From contig NIVC01000190.1 in assembly GCA_002269645.1 (NCBI GenBank), positions 1 through 64,000 on the forward strand: a stretch of 64,000 nt of DNA, given 5' to 3'. This DNA comes from Macrostomum lignano. Lineage: Eukaryota. Every line of letters starts with the position of its first letter. Position 1 is the stretch's first letter. Below, one piece after another: positions 13,161 through 36,950 of the stretch. The notes beneath the pieces are model-generated. The model did not search any database. It saw only the letters and a program-made list of their open reading frames with translations, and was not told the DNA's origin. A program made the position numbers and the translations under genes.

Positions 13161-13857
13161 ATCAGGAAATTTCGCCGACATCTGACAGAATTATTAAAAA
13201 AATCAGTTCTCTTACTAAGAGTAGTGCAGAAATAAAATCTTCCTATCAATTATTCCGAAGGATAGGCTAGCGACTCAGCGGACTATAGTTGTCTTCATGA
13301 GGACTTAAGTCTGTTATCAGCGATACTCTGTTATCCACATCAGTTCAAAATCGGCAATAAATTACGAGTTAGTATGATGATAAGTTTTATAGTCAATAAA
13401 CCGGCCCATTTTATTGGTTCTGTGAGCAAATGACTTCTGCCGGTGTGCGTCTTTGATCCAGAAGCCCTCGGATAAGGACACGAATAGAAGTATAACAACA
13501 ATGCACTCGATAATAAAGTTGACTGTAAACAAACAAAAATAAATAAATAATTGTAATAACGCTCAGACTTTGTATACAGCGACTGAAAAATGACAAGTTG
13601 GTTAGAAAAAATATTGTTTTTCTCCAACAAATTGTCCAAATTGAGTTCCGACAGTTTGTCAGCTTTTAAATTACTAATACGTTAAAGATTTCTACTGTCT
13701 CAAATTGAGTTGCCCCGTCCGCTCTTCTCATTTCAAAATATGCTTCAAAATTCTAAAATGTTTTCGAGGTTTTTTCGAGCATCAACTGACTAAAGTGATA
13801 GGAATGAAAACAAACAAGTTTTATAAGCAACAGTTTTTTAACTGCTGCTTGAATCGT

Positions 13858-14885
13858 CTGCAGCTGGCGTCCCCTCCGTAGCTGGCGTCCCCTCCGTAGC
13901 TGGCGCCCCCTCTGTAGCTGGCGCCCCCTCTGTAGCTGGCGCCCCCTCTGTAGCTGGCGTCCCCTCTGTAGCTGGCGTCCCCTCTGTAGCTGGCGCCCCC
14001 TCCGTAGCTGGCGTCCCCTCTGTAGCTGGCGCCCCCTCTGTAGCTGGCGCCCCCTCTGTAGCTGGCGTCCCCTCTGTAGCTGGCGCCCCCTCTGTAGCTG
14101 GCGTCCCCTCTGTAGCTGGCGCCCCCTCTGTAGCTGGCGTCCCCTCTGCAGCTGGCGCCCCCTCTGTAGCTGGCGCCCTTCTGTAGCTGGCGCCCTTCTG
14201 TAGCTGGCGCCCTTCTGTAGCTGGCGTCCCTTCTGCAGCTGGCGCTCTTCTGCAGCTGGCGCCCCCTCTGTAGCTGGCGCCCCCTCTGTAGCTGGCGTCC
14301 CCTCTGCAGCTGGCGCCCCCTCTGTAGCTGGCGCCCTTCTGTAGCTGGCGCCCTTCTGTAGCTGGCGCCCTTCTGTAGCTGGCGTCCCTTCTGCAGCTGG
14401 CGCCCTTCTGCAGCTGGCGCCCCCTCTGTAGCTGGCGCCCTTCTGTAGCTGGCGTCCCTTCTGCAGCTGGCGCCCTTCTGCAGCTGGCGCCCCCTCTGTA
14501 GCTGGCGTCCCCTCTGTAGCTGGCGCCCCCTCTGTAGCTGGCGCCCCCTCTGCAGCTGGCGCCCCCTCTGTAGCTGGCGCTGACTCTGTAGCTGGCGCCC
14601 CCTCTGTAGCTGGCGCCCACTCTGTAGCTGGAGCCCCCTCTGTAGCTGGCGCCCCCTCTGTAGCTGGCGCCCCCTCTGTAGCTGGCGCCCCCTCTGTAGC
14701 TGGCGCTGACTCTGTAGCTGGAGCCCCCTCTGTAGCTGGCGCCCACTCTGTAGCTGGCGCCCACTCTGTAGCTGGCGCCCTTCTGTAGCTGGCGTCCCTT
14801 CTGCAGCTGGCGCCTTTCTGTAGCTGGCGTCCCTTCTGCAGCTGGCGCCCCTCTGTTGCTGGCGCCTCTCTGTAGCTAGCGCCCT
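13858..14885. repeat. 18-bp minisatellite (TAGCTGGCGCCCCCTCTG)
   Basis: Period 18 with 17-bp variants. Confidence 0.95.
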
Positions 14886-14984
14886 TTTCAGGAGTTTTTC
14901 ATGAAGAGGTTAGTTCGAAATGCGCTTCAGATTAATTAATTAACTGATTACACCTGCCCTAATGGGAGATGTGCAGCCGACAGC

Positions 14985-15215
14985 TCAGCCGCAGCTATTG
15001 CGCGGCGCATCTGAAGGCTGCGTACGGCTGTTCAGTCCAAGGACTGGGGAGGTTGTCACACAAACCCTCAATTACCCCAGCTAATGCCATGGCGCCCATT
15101 TTACAGCTGGGTGAACTGAAGCAATGCAGAGTTAAATGTCTTGCTCAAGGACAATTGTTCCGATTGTGTCGAGAATCGAACCCCCGACCTTTCAGTCGTG
15201 AGTCCGACGTCTTAG
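14985..15215 (-). mobile_element. tRNA-derived SINE with a CORE (MIR-like) central domain, 5'-truncated
   Basis: Plus strand cccattttacagctgggtgaactgaagcaatgcagagttaaatgtcttgctcaaggaca...gagaatcgaaccccc parallels the MIR consensus cccattttacagatgaggaaactgaggc...gttaagtaacttgcccaaggtcaca...ggattcgaaccc (recalled, not searched). B-box GGTTCGATTCTC on the minus strand within 15171-15185. Confidence 0.72.
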
Positions 15216-15620
15216 TGGTTAGAACGTTTCAGAAATACGCCGAAAATTTTTCTGCTTTACAACGCCGAAACCCAGACACTAACGAACTCGCTCGGAGAGC
15301 AGAGGAGAGAGGGAAGAGAGAAGAGAGAAAAGAGCTAAGCAGAGACGCAAACCTTGAGAGAGCCGTATTGCAGATGTGAAGTCTCAAAGGACCCGGGGGC
15401 CGGTTAGAGAGGCTTCGAGGGCGTAACTTGCTAGTAACTAGCAAATAACAACAGCTAAATTAAAGCTTGGCGTGAATTTGCGGACAAAATAAGTGAAAAA
15501 ACAATCTGAAGCCGTTTCAAGCAACCAGGACCTGCATTTCTCTTACGACAAGAGAATGAAACTTGTATTTAGTTTAAGCCCGTGCATTTGGAATTGTTTT
15601 AATTCACACAGCTAGAATTG

Positions 15621-15983
15621 TCAGTATTGGGGGCTTTCAATCTGCCGTTTTCCATAGCGGAACATGTAAGCTCGCTTTCCGAGCAGGGCTCGCTTTCCGA
15701 ACCGGAACATCTGTCGTTTTCCATAGCGGAACATGCCTCGCTTGTCGCCGGGCTCCGTCAGGTCGGAGCTGTCGTTGGCCTCGGCGGCCTCTTCCGCTGC
15801 GACGTCCGCTGCGGCTGCGGCGGCGGCGGCGGCAGCGGCGGCCCAGTCAGCCGGAGCGGCCACGAGCCGTTGGTTCGAGCCTCGACCAGAAGGAGCGGCT
15901 GAGACACTCTCAGCCGAGAGTTGAATAGCCAGAGCTAGAAGTAGCAGCAGGGCCACTGGCACCGTTCCACTTGGTTGAGTCAT
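15621..15983 (-). CDS. Amidated neuropeptide precursor (xMFRY/F-amide; FMRFamide-like/RYamide-type), 120 aa, single exon
   Basis: Hydrophobic signal peptide (VALLLLLALAIQLSA), Ala/acidic spacer, then KR-GMFRYG-KR-QMFRFG-KR-ALLG-KR-AYMFRYG-KR-QIESPQY-stop. The dibasic sites and Gly amide donors are typical of prohormones. Confidence 0.93.
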   Translation of the reverse strand: MTQPSGTVPVALLLLLALAIQLSAESVSAAPSGRGSNQRLVAAPADWAAAAAAAAAAAADVAAEEAAEANDSSDLTEPGDKRGMFRYGKRQMFRFGKRALLGKRAYMFRYGKRQIESPQY

Positions 15984-16036
15984 GATGACGGACTGGCTTG
16001 AGTTGTTTTCTGTCTGATTTTCCTGGCGCGAGATTT

Positions 16037-16085
16037 GAATGAGCAAGAAAAATTCGAGTTTAAATGCTCATTGCGGGCAGCCAAT
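16037..16085 (-). promoter_or_regulatory. Possible core promoter of the neuropeptide gene
   Basis: On the minus strand: ATTTAAA at 16065-16059 and Inr-like TCATTC at 16042-16037; CCAAT at 16081-16085. Spacing is slightly short and the call rests on motifs only. Confidence 0.3.
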
Positions 16086-16332
16086 GAGGGGCCAAGTGGG
16101 TGTTGCGAGGAGATGTCTTCTGGATTGGCGCAAATCGATATCTATGCGAAGGATGCTAGCGAAGCGCTAGAGACACACTTCTCATGCTGTGAGCTGTTTG
16201 TCTGTTTTACGGAGGAGACATGGCTCTTACCTGTTAGACAACTTGGCCGCATGTTAGACAGCTGGGTGTCATCTGTTAGATATGAATTCCACGTGGTAGA
16301 TGGGGGCCAGGTACATGATAGACAGGAGTGCC

Positions 16333-16912
16333 ACCTGTTAGACAGGAGTGTCGCCTGTTAGACAGGAGTGTCCCCTGTTAGACAGGAGTGTCCCCTGTTA
16401 GACAGGAGTGTCCCCTGTTAGACAGGAGTGTCCCCTGTTAGACAGGAGTGTCCCCTGTTAGACAGGAGTGTCACCTGTTAGACAGGAGTGTCACCTGTTA
16501 GACAGGAGTGTCCCCTGTTAGACAGGAGTGTCACCTGTTAGACAGGAGTGTCACCTGTTAGACAAGATAGTTTCACCTGTTAGACAGGAGTGCCCCCTGT
16601 TAGACAGGAGTGTCCCCTGTTAGACAGGAGTGCCACCTGTTAGACAGGAGTGTCCCCTGTTAGACAGGAGTGTCACCTGTTAGACAGGAGTGTCCCCTGT
16701 TAGACAGGAGTGTCCCCTGTTAGAAAGGAGTGTCCCCTGTTAGACAGGAGTGTCCCCTGTTAGACAGGAGTGTCCCCTGTTAGACAGGAGTGTCCCCTGT
16801 TAGACAGGAGTGTCCCCTGTTAGACAGGAGTGTCCCCTGTTAGACAGGAGTGTCCCCTGTTAGACAGGAGTGTCCCCTGTTAGACAGGAGTGTCCCCTGT
16901 TAGACAGGAGTG
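16333..16912. repeat. 20-bp minisatellite (CTGTTAGACAGGAGTGTCCC)
   Basis: Three units per 60-nt line. Confidence 0.97.
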
Positions 16913-17489
16913 CCAGCTTCATGTTGTACATGAGTATCATCAGTTCGGAAAGGATTAATCTCCTGGTTGGATTCTAGATTAAAGAAGAAAACCTAGTTGG
17001 ATTTATTAAAGAAAACGTTTTGAGACACAGTTTTCAGTTCCGGTGACAGATGGCAAGTTTACTTTGCTCTCTAAATTTAGCAAACAATTTTCAATTCAAA
17101 AACATGCATTTCCAGAGCGGAGAAATCTAATATAACATGCGGTCAACAATCCGAACTCAGTCTTGAGAGATTAGCCGAGCAGAATTTGATCGAATAGTTG
17201 AGTAGCGAGGCGACTGAAACCCGAGACGCGAATGCGAACTTAAGGTTTACTCAAGTAAGATGGCCATCTGGTCCGCGGCATCTGTTGCTGGGGGGATGCC
17301 AAATAGATATTCGATATTCGAGACTGACTTCTGCCTTTGGGTTAAGTGGATTCTTAAAAGTGCTTTTGAAGAAAAAATGACGACCGTAAATGCGGGATTA
17401 AAACTTGACGGCTGCAACTAAAATGTTTAAAACATTCACGATTGCTTCTAGGAGGAAGCGGTCAGATGGCCAAGTACTCAGAGATGATG

Positions 17490-18565
17490 ACTCAGATGGC
17501 TGACAAGAACTCAAATGAACAATTGCTCAGATGGCTGACAAGAACTCAAATGAACAATTGCTCAGATGGCTGACAAGAACTCAAATGAACAATTGCTCAG
17601 ATGGCTGACAAGAACTCAAATGAACAATTGCTCAGATGGCTGACAAGAACTCAAATGAACAATTGCTCAGATGGCTGACAAGAACTCAAATGATGAATTG
17701 CTCAGATGGCTGACAAGATCTCAAATGAACAATTGCTCAGATGGCTGACAAGAACTCAAATGAACAATTGCTCAGATGGCTGACAAGAACTCAAATGATG
17801 AATTGCTCAGATGGCTGACAAGATCTCAAATGAAGAATTTCTCAGATGGCTGACAAGAACTCAAATGAACAATTGCTCAGATGGCTGACAAGAACTCAAA
17901 TGATGAATTGCTCAGATGGCTGACAAGATCTCAAATGAACAATTGCTCAGATGGCTGACAAGAACTCAAATGAAGAATTGCTCAGATGGCTGACAAGAAC
18001 TCAAATGAAGAATTTCTCAGATGGCTGACAAGAACTCAAATGAAGAATTGCTCAGATGGCTGACAAGAACTCAAATGAAGAATTTCTCAGATGGCTGAAA
18101 AGAATTCAAATGATGAATTGCTCAGATGACTGACAAGAACTCAAATGATGAATTGCTCAGATGGCTGACAAGATCTCAAATGAAGAATTGCTCAGATGGC
18201 TGACAAGATCTCAAATGAAGAATTTCTCAGATGGCTGACAAGAACTCAAATGAACAATTGCTCAGATGGCTGACAAGAACTCAAATGAAGAATTGCTCAG
18301 ATGGCTGACAAGATCTCAAATAAAGAATTGCTCAGATGGCTGACAAGATCTCAAATAAAGAATTGCTCAGATGGCTGACAAGATCTCAAATAAAGAATTG
18401 CTCAGATGGCTGACAAGATCTCAAATAAAGAATTGCTCAGATGGCTGACAAGAACTCAAATAAAGAATTGCTCAGATGGCTGACAAGATCTCAAATAAAG
18501 AATTGCTCAGATGGCTGACAAGATCTCAAATGATGAATTGCTCAGATGGCTGACAAGAACTCAAA
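17490..18565. repeat. 35-bp minisatellite (CTCAGATGGCTGACAAGAACTCAAATGAACAATTG)
   Basis: aattg at 17521 and 17556. Confidence 0.97.
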
Positions 18566-18959
18566 TTATTCACTATCAACCAATTTAGATTTTCATGGAA
18601 TGAATCACAGACTCGAATTTTACACCACGAATCACTGACCATGAAGTGAAATGCTGCTCAAAGCAACACGCCTGCCATTTGTTCTGCCAAGTGTAAAACG
18701 TCAAAAAGAATCGAAAAAATTATAATCATACGGTTCGACACATTTTCTTCTTTTCAAGATTCTTAGAGGAAATAAGTTTCCAGTTTAACGAGCAGATTGA
18801 TTTCTTAGAGCGCCGAATTTTTCCATGACATTCACAGAATCTCATACCACTTTTTGACATTTTTTGGCGAAAAAACTACAAGGATTGTTCCAGAAGCTTA
18901 ACGAGCGAATGGATTCAAAGAACGTGTGAATACAGGTTAGTTATCCACTAGCTGTAGGG

Positions 18960-19300
18960 GGGACAGAGGGAAGCTAGGGACTGAGGGGAGGGGACAGGAG
19001 AGGACAGAGGGGATGAGACAGGAGGGGAAAGAGGGACAGAGGAGAGGGCACAGAGGGGACAGGGAGGGGGCACAAGAGGATGGAAGGGTACAGGAGACAG
19101 AAGGGGACACAAGAGGACAGAAGGGGACAGAAGGGAACAGAAGGGGACAGAAGGGGACAGAAGAGAACAGAAGGGGACAGAAGGGGACAGAAGGGGACAG
19201 AAGGGGACAGAAGAGAACAGAAGGGGACAGAAGGGGACAGAAGAGAACAGAAGGGGACAGAAGGGGACAGAGGGGGACAGAAGGGAACAGAAGGGGACAG
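18960..19300. repeat. 10-bp purine-rich repeat (AGAAGGGGAC)
   Basis: Direct reading. Confidence 0.9.
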
Positions 19301-21424
19301 CATGTCCGTGCGCTAAGCCACGTATTGTTTATAAGAGTCAATAGGCAGTCAGTGAGTCAGTCAGGCGCCTGATCTAAACTTAGAATTCGCAGTCCCGACT
19401 CTCTGCGTGGCGTGTATTTGCCTGTATATTTACGCTTGCTACTATTGATAAGTAGTAGAGTTAATGAGCATGAAACAACGAACGCCATTCAATGATAAAC
19501 TGTCTGATGATGTGTTGAAGAAAGTTTAATATGAATATGATTCGCAGGAAGTTATCGTATAGTGTGAGCCTAAAATGCCGTTATAACAACTCTTTGCACA
19601 GAACACACTCGTACTTGTCTACTGCTGGCAAGTATTACAATTCGAGCAATTTTTATTGGAAAGAAAATCCGATTAAAGCATTGAAGCGAAGGCAGTGAGC
19701 AGGGATCGCGGTGGCTGGTCCTGCCCTCGAGTCGGTTTGCCTCGAGCTCCAAATCAGACTGTCAAACGCAGCTGAATTTTTGTCCTGAAGAAAAAATGAG
19801 ACGAATAAAGCAGTTCTGTACAAATACAGCAGTGCTTTATGCCGGGTTGGACAGTGAGTGTCATTAAAATAGCTGGAGAACCCCAATACATTGGCATCAT
19901 GGACGTCTGAAGTAGAGATCGGGACTGCGCTTCACTCGCGTATCTCACCAAGGACTACTTAGGTAGATGGACAGGAAACCGAATTTTGTTGGAAATTTTA
20001 GGATGCAGGCTTTACCGAAAGAATATGCATTACAGAAAATGGCGTTTTTAATTTCTCAACTCAAAACAAAAAAGGTATTGCGTTTGGTTCTGCTAAACAT
20101 TTTCTTACACTCCTTCCGGACTTCTAAATTGCAAAAGAAACCTCATTCAGAAAGCAAATCTTTGTACAAAATCCATATTTGATTTTAACAAATGAATACA
20201 ACCATAAACTCTTGCTTGCTTCATTTGCGATTCAAAATTCCGATCTGAAAAGCTATCCATCTCGCCAGTGCAGACCTTCTGTTTCAGTTGACCAAGTTAA
20301 ACGGTGCGCGCAATGTTGCGGAAAACAGAGAACAGTGCAAAATTGCTAACATGGTGTGAGGCGTGTTACTGTATTTATTGTGTGAAATCAGCGGTTAATT
20401 TCATGTCAAAAAGTTTATGTTAATCTACAACGAACAATTTGAGGTCTTGACGGTCGCGTCAAACTTTAACGCCAGCTTGTCAGCTTGAAGCATGTCAGCT
20501 CGGCCCAGGTAAAGTTCCTCGCGGAACTAAAATGGTTAGGAGAAGCGTGAAAAAAGCAGGAGCTGGTTATATGTAAGAGAAAGACGTGATTAAGTGCAGC
20601 GTATATGTGCAGTGTTAGATAAATTGTTTGTTAGTTGCAAATATTTCTATTAAAGCTGAAAATTACTTCCAATCAATGCGACTAGCGAGTGTGCACTTCT
20701 CCCACTGTACATTTAAGCTATCCTGACTAGCGAATGTACATTTAATCTTCATTGCGCCGGAAGAATGGCAGGAGTGTACATTTAAGCTAAACCTGACTAG
20801 CGAATGTACATTTAATCCTTTTTTGTGCCTTGTGCCTGATGTACTCGCACAGAAGTAGGGTACTGACTCAAACAAAAAAGAAGTTAAAAGGAAATCAGAG
20901 AGGAAAAACCAGCAATGAAAATTTGACACTTACCTGCTGTCTTCAAAGATAAACAACACCAAAACCACAACCGAGAATGAATGCGTAAGTAAGAAAAAAG
21001 CGCATTTTGTATCTCTTAATTTAAATTTATCGTACGAATATTGCTTATGTTGGTGAATCAGCACTAATTCTAATTCGGCGTGTCTTTCACCCGTGCAAAT
21101 CAACGTCTATTGAATTAATGCGTTGAGATACAGTTACACAAAACTCTTCTTAATTGTATTGCACATGTTAAACCCTAATTCTGCATGCAGGCTTGTGGAG
21201 CTAAGAGACACAGTGAACCGAATCGCAGGAAATGGTTAAACAGTATTGAAACTACAGTTTTAATACGCATGCGCAGCACCAGTGTTAATAAAGTGTTAGT
21301 ATGCAGATAGACCTTCATAGTTAAAGTTATTGCCAAGTGAGTAAAAAGGAAAGCGTGCACAACCAGAGCCACAGATTAGTGTTAGGAACTCAAACAATGT
21401 TGGTTAGGCACTAAAGGTCAGTTA

Positions 21425-34746
<13,322 letters not shown>

Positions 34747-36709
34747 TATATCAGATTAAGAATTTTTTACCTTTAGAGAATAACTTTTGCTGTTTGTTAA
34801 CCAAACATGCAAAAGCTTTCGCCTAATAAAAATAGGTTTCAGCAGTCCTTCTTTCTCTATTTATCAAAACATAGTTCGAGAAATAGAATGAAATACAACT
34901 AAACCATGCATCTTAAGATCGTTGATCATGCACACGTTGAGAGAAGTACCAAGTTCAGTTCTCAGTTCGAGTCGCTTGAAAGGAATTATTCAATTGATAA
35001 AAGTTAATACTGATTTATTATTATTAGAACTATCACAAACCAAAGCTTTGCAGATAATTTTTTAGTAGTTTTCTTACAGGTTTGTGTGTGACATGAAACA
35101 AGCGTAAGTAAATAAATTAAAAAAAAATTGTTTCTTTATTTATAGTTTGCGCGGTAAAATCTAAAGCTATATATTCTACGAATAAGCTCACTTCTCACTT
35201 TTCCCGCCGCCGGCGTCAGCTGACAGCTTTAGAAGCTACTGGCAAGCTTAAAAGTTCCTTGAAAGGCCAGGCAATATCTTTTTCTTGATTTTAGACTTCA
35301 AGATAGCAAGAATTCAAGTTTTCTTCTAATGAATTGAATTGTAACAAAAACATCATGTGGTCGTGGACTTATCTTTTTAAAAAATATTAATTAGAAGCGT
35401 AAGCTGCTGGGTAGATATAGAATATTAGAAGAATGCAGTATTATATTGGCAATATTTTCCTCATTCGTGTCGCAAAAAGTAAGAAATGTATTTTTTTGTT
35501 CTATATTCAATACATAAAAGTAAGCGAAGTGAGACTTTGACATGCTTAGTCCTATGATGTATTATTAGTAAAAAAGTATAAAAACTACAGAAAATTCAAT
35601 AAGTTTCATATTATTTGCCTTGTATAGGAATAAGATTTTGACAACCTAAAGCACTTTTAGATTTTTTGTTATTAAGTGCCTATTTTTCTTGATTAAATTT
35701 ATAAACATTTAATAATACTATTAGATTAAGTATTGCACCAGATCTTTGATGCTCTGAATCCTGTATTCAATAAATATTTTGATCTCATTGATCTAATCTT
35801 GATTTAAAAATAGTGCCAAGGTAAAAGATATTTATGAGGAGAAAATAAAAGAATATATATTTGTATTAAAATAAATTAATAATAAAGAACTACAAATAGT
35901 TTCTTAAAAAGAAATAAATATATTTAATTATTAACATTATCATGTACTTGTTTTTTTTCAGATTCATAGAATAGCTTGCCAAATTATTATAGGCCTTTTT
36001 TAAGTTTATTTAATAGGCCTAAATATTTTTAGGGTCTATATGTTAAAAGTCAACATATTTTTTAAATATACAATACACTATTAAAAGTTATAAGCAATAT
36101 TATATTATATTGAAATTGAATTGTTTTATATGCAAAACATTAGGTTTCTCATTTGCCCATTTTCTGTATGCTAATTTTTTGCCATTATCATATGATCTCA
36201 AACTTAATTCTTCAAACAAATATCAGTTCTTAAATGTCTTGAAAATTTAACATTTTATAACCTATAAACCCAGGTCTTTGAAAGAATGCTAATTTGAAAA
36301 AAAATTATTGAATTTTTTTATTTAAAATATTACTATATATATATATCTTCTTGCTTATTACACATTAGAATTAAATAATATAATAAATTTGTAAAACAAA
36401 TAATAGGCTTATATAGATTGAGTTTAATCTAAGTATGGATTTTAATAATTTTAAGGTATCAAACTATCTTATATTTTTGACAAAATTTTTATAATAATAT
36501 TTAATATTAGAATCTATATATACAAATATGAAAAAGTAATTGTCATGATACCTCAAACCTTTTTTCAGTCTACTTGGAAAATTTTGTCAGCAATTAATCA
36601 ATATAGATTGTATCTTGCTTGACCTGATTATGGATTCTTAATTGTCTATCCTAAAATTCTTAAGCTATAAAGTATCAGAGCTAAACAAATTGACTACTCA
36701 AGTTCACAA

Positions 36710-36950
36710 ATGATGGATGCAAATGGCAATGGCAACGACATGGCAGATGCTTTAGGTACTCCATCAGCTTCAACATCATCATCAACTCCAATAGCTCAAG
36801 CTCGTACAGGCAAACTTCAAGGCCTGTTGAAGTCGCAGTGTCAAGACCCTGGTAGCGGAGGCAGCAGTGTCTCATCTCCAACGCCAACACAAAAAAAATC
36901 TGTGTCATTTCTTTCATCGTCCTTTGACAAGGGAATTCGCGTTATCGATG
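36710..36950 (+). CDS. PLCL: PLCL exon 1 (N-terminus with RVxF motif)
   Basis: MMDANG...[11 protein letters not shown]...; donor gtgagt. Confidence 0.78.

Noticed and set aside
15165-15215. tRNA gene
   Set aside because: B-box and anticodon-like arm only; no acceptor stem or A-box, and it continues into the SINE CORE, so it is treated as a SINE head.
16333-18565. CRISPR-like regular repeats (20 bp and 35 bp), also 37008-37724 and 57261-61905
   Set aside because: Head-to-tail units without unique spacers, no cas genes, eukaryotic context.
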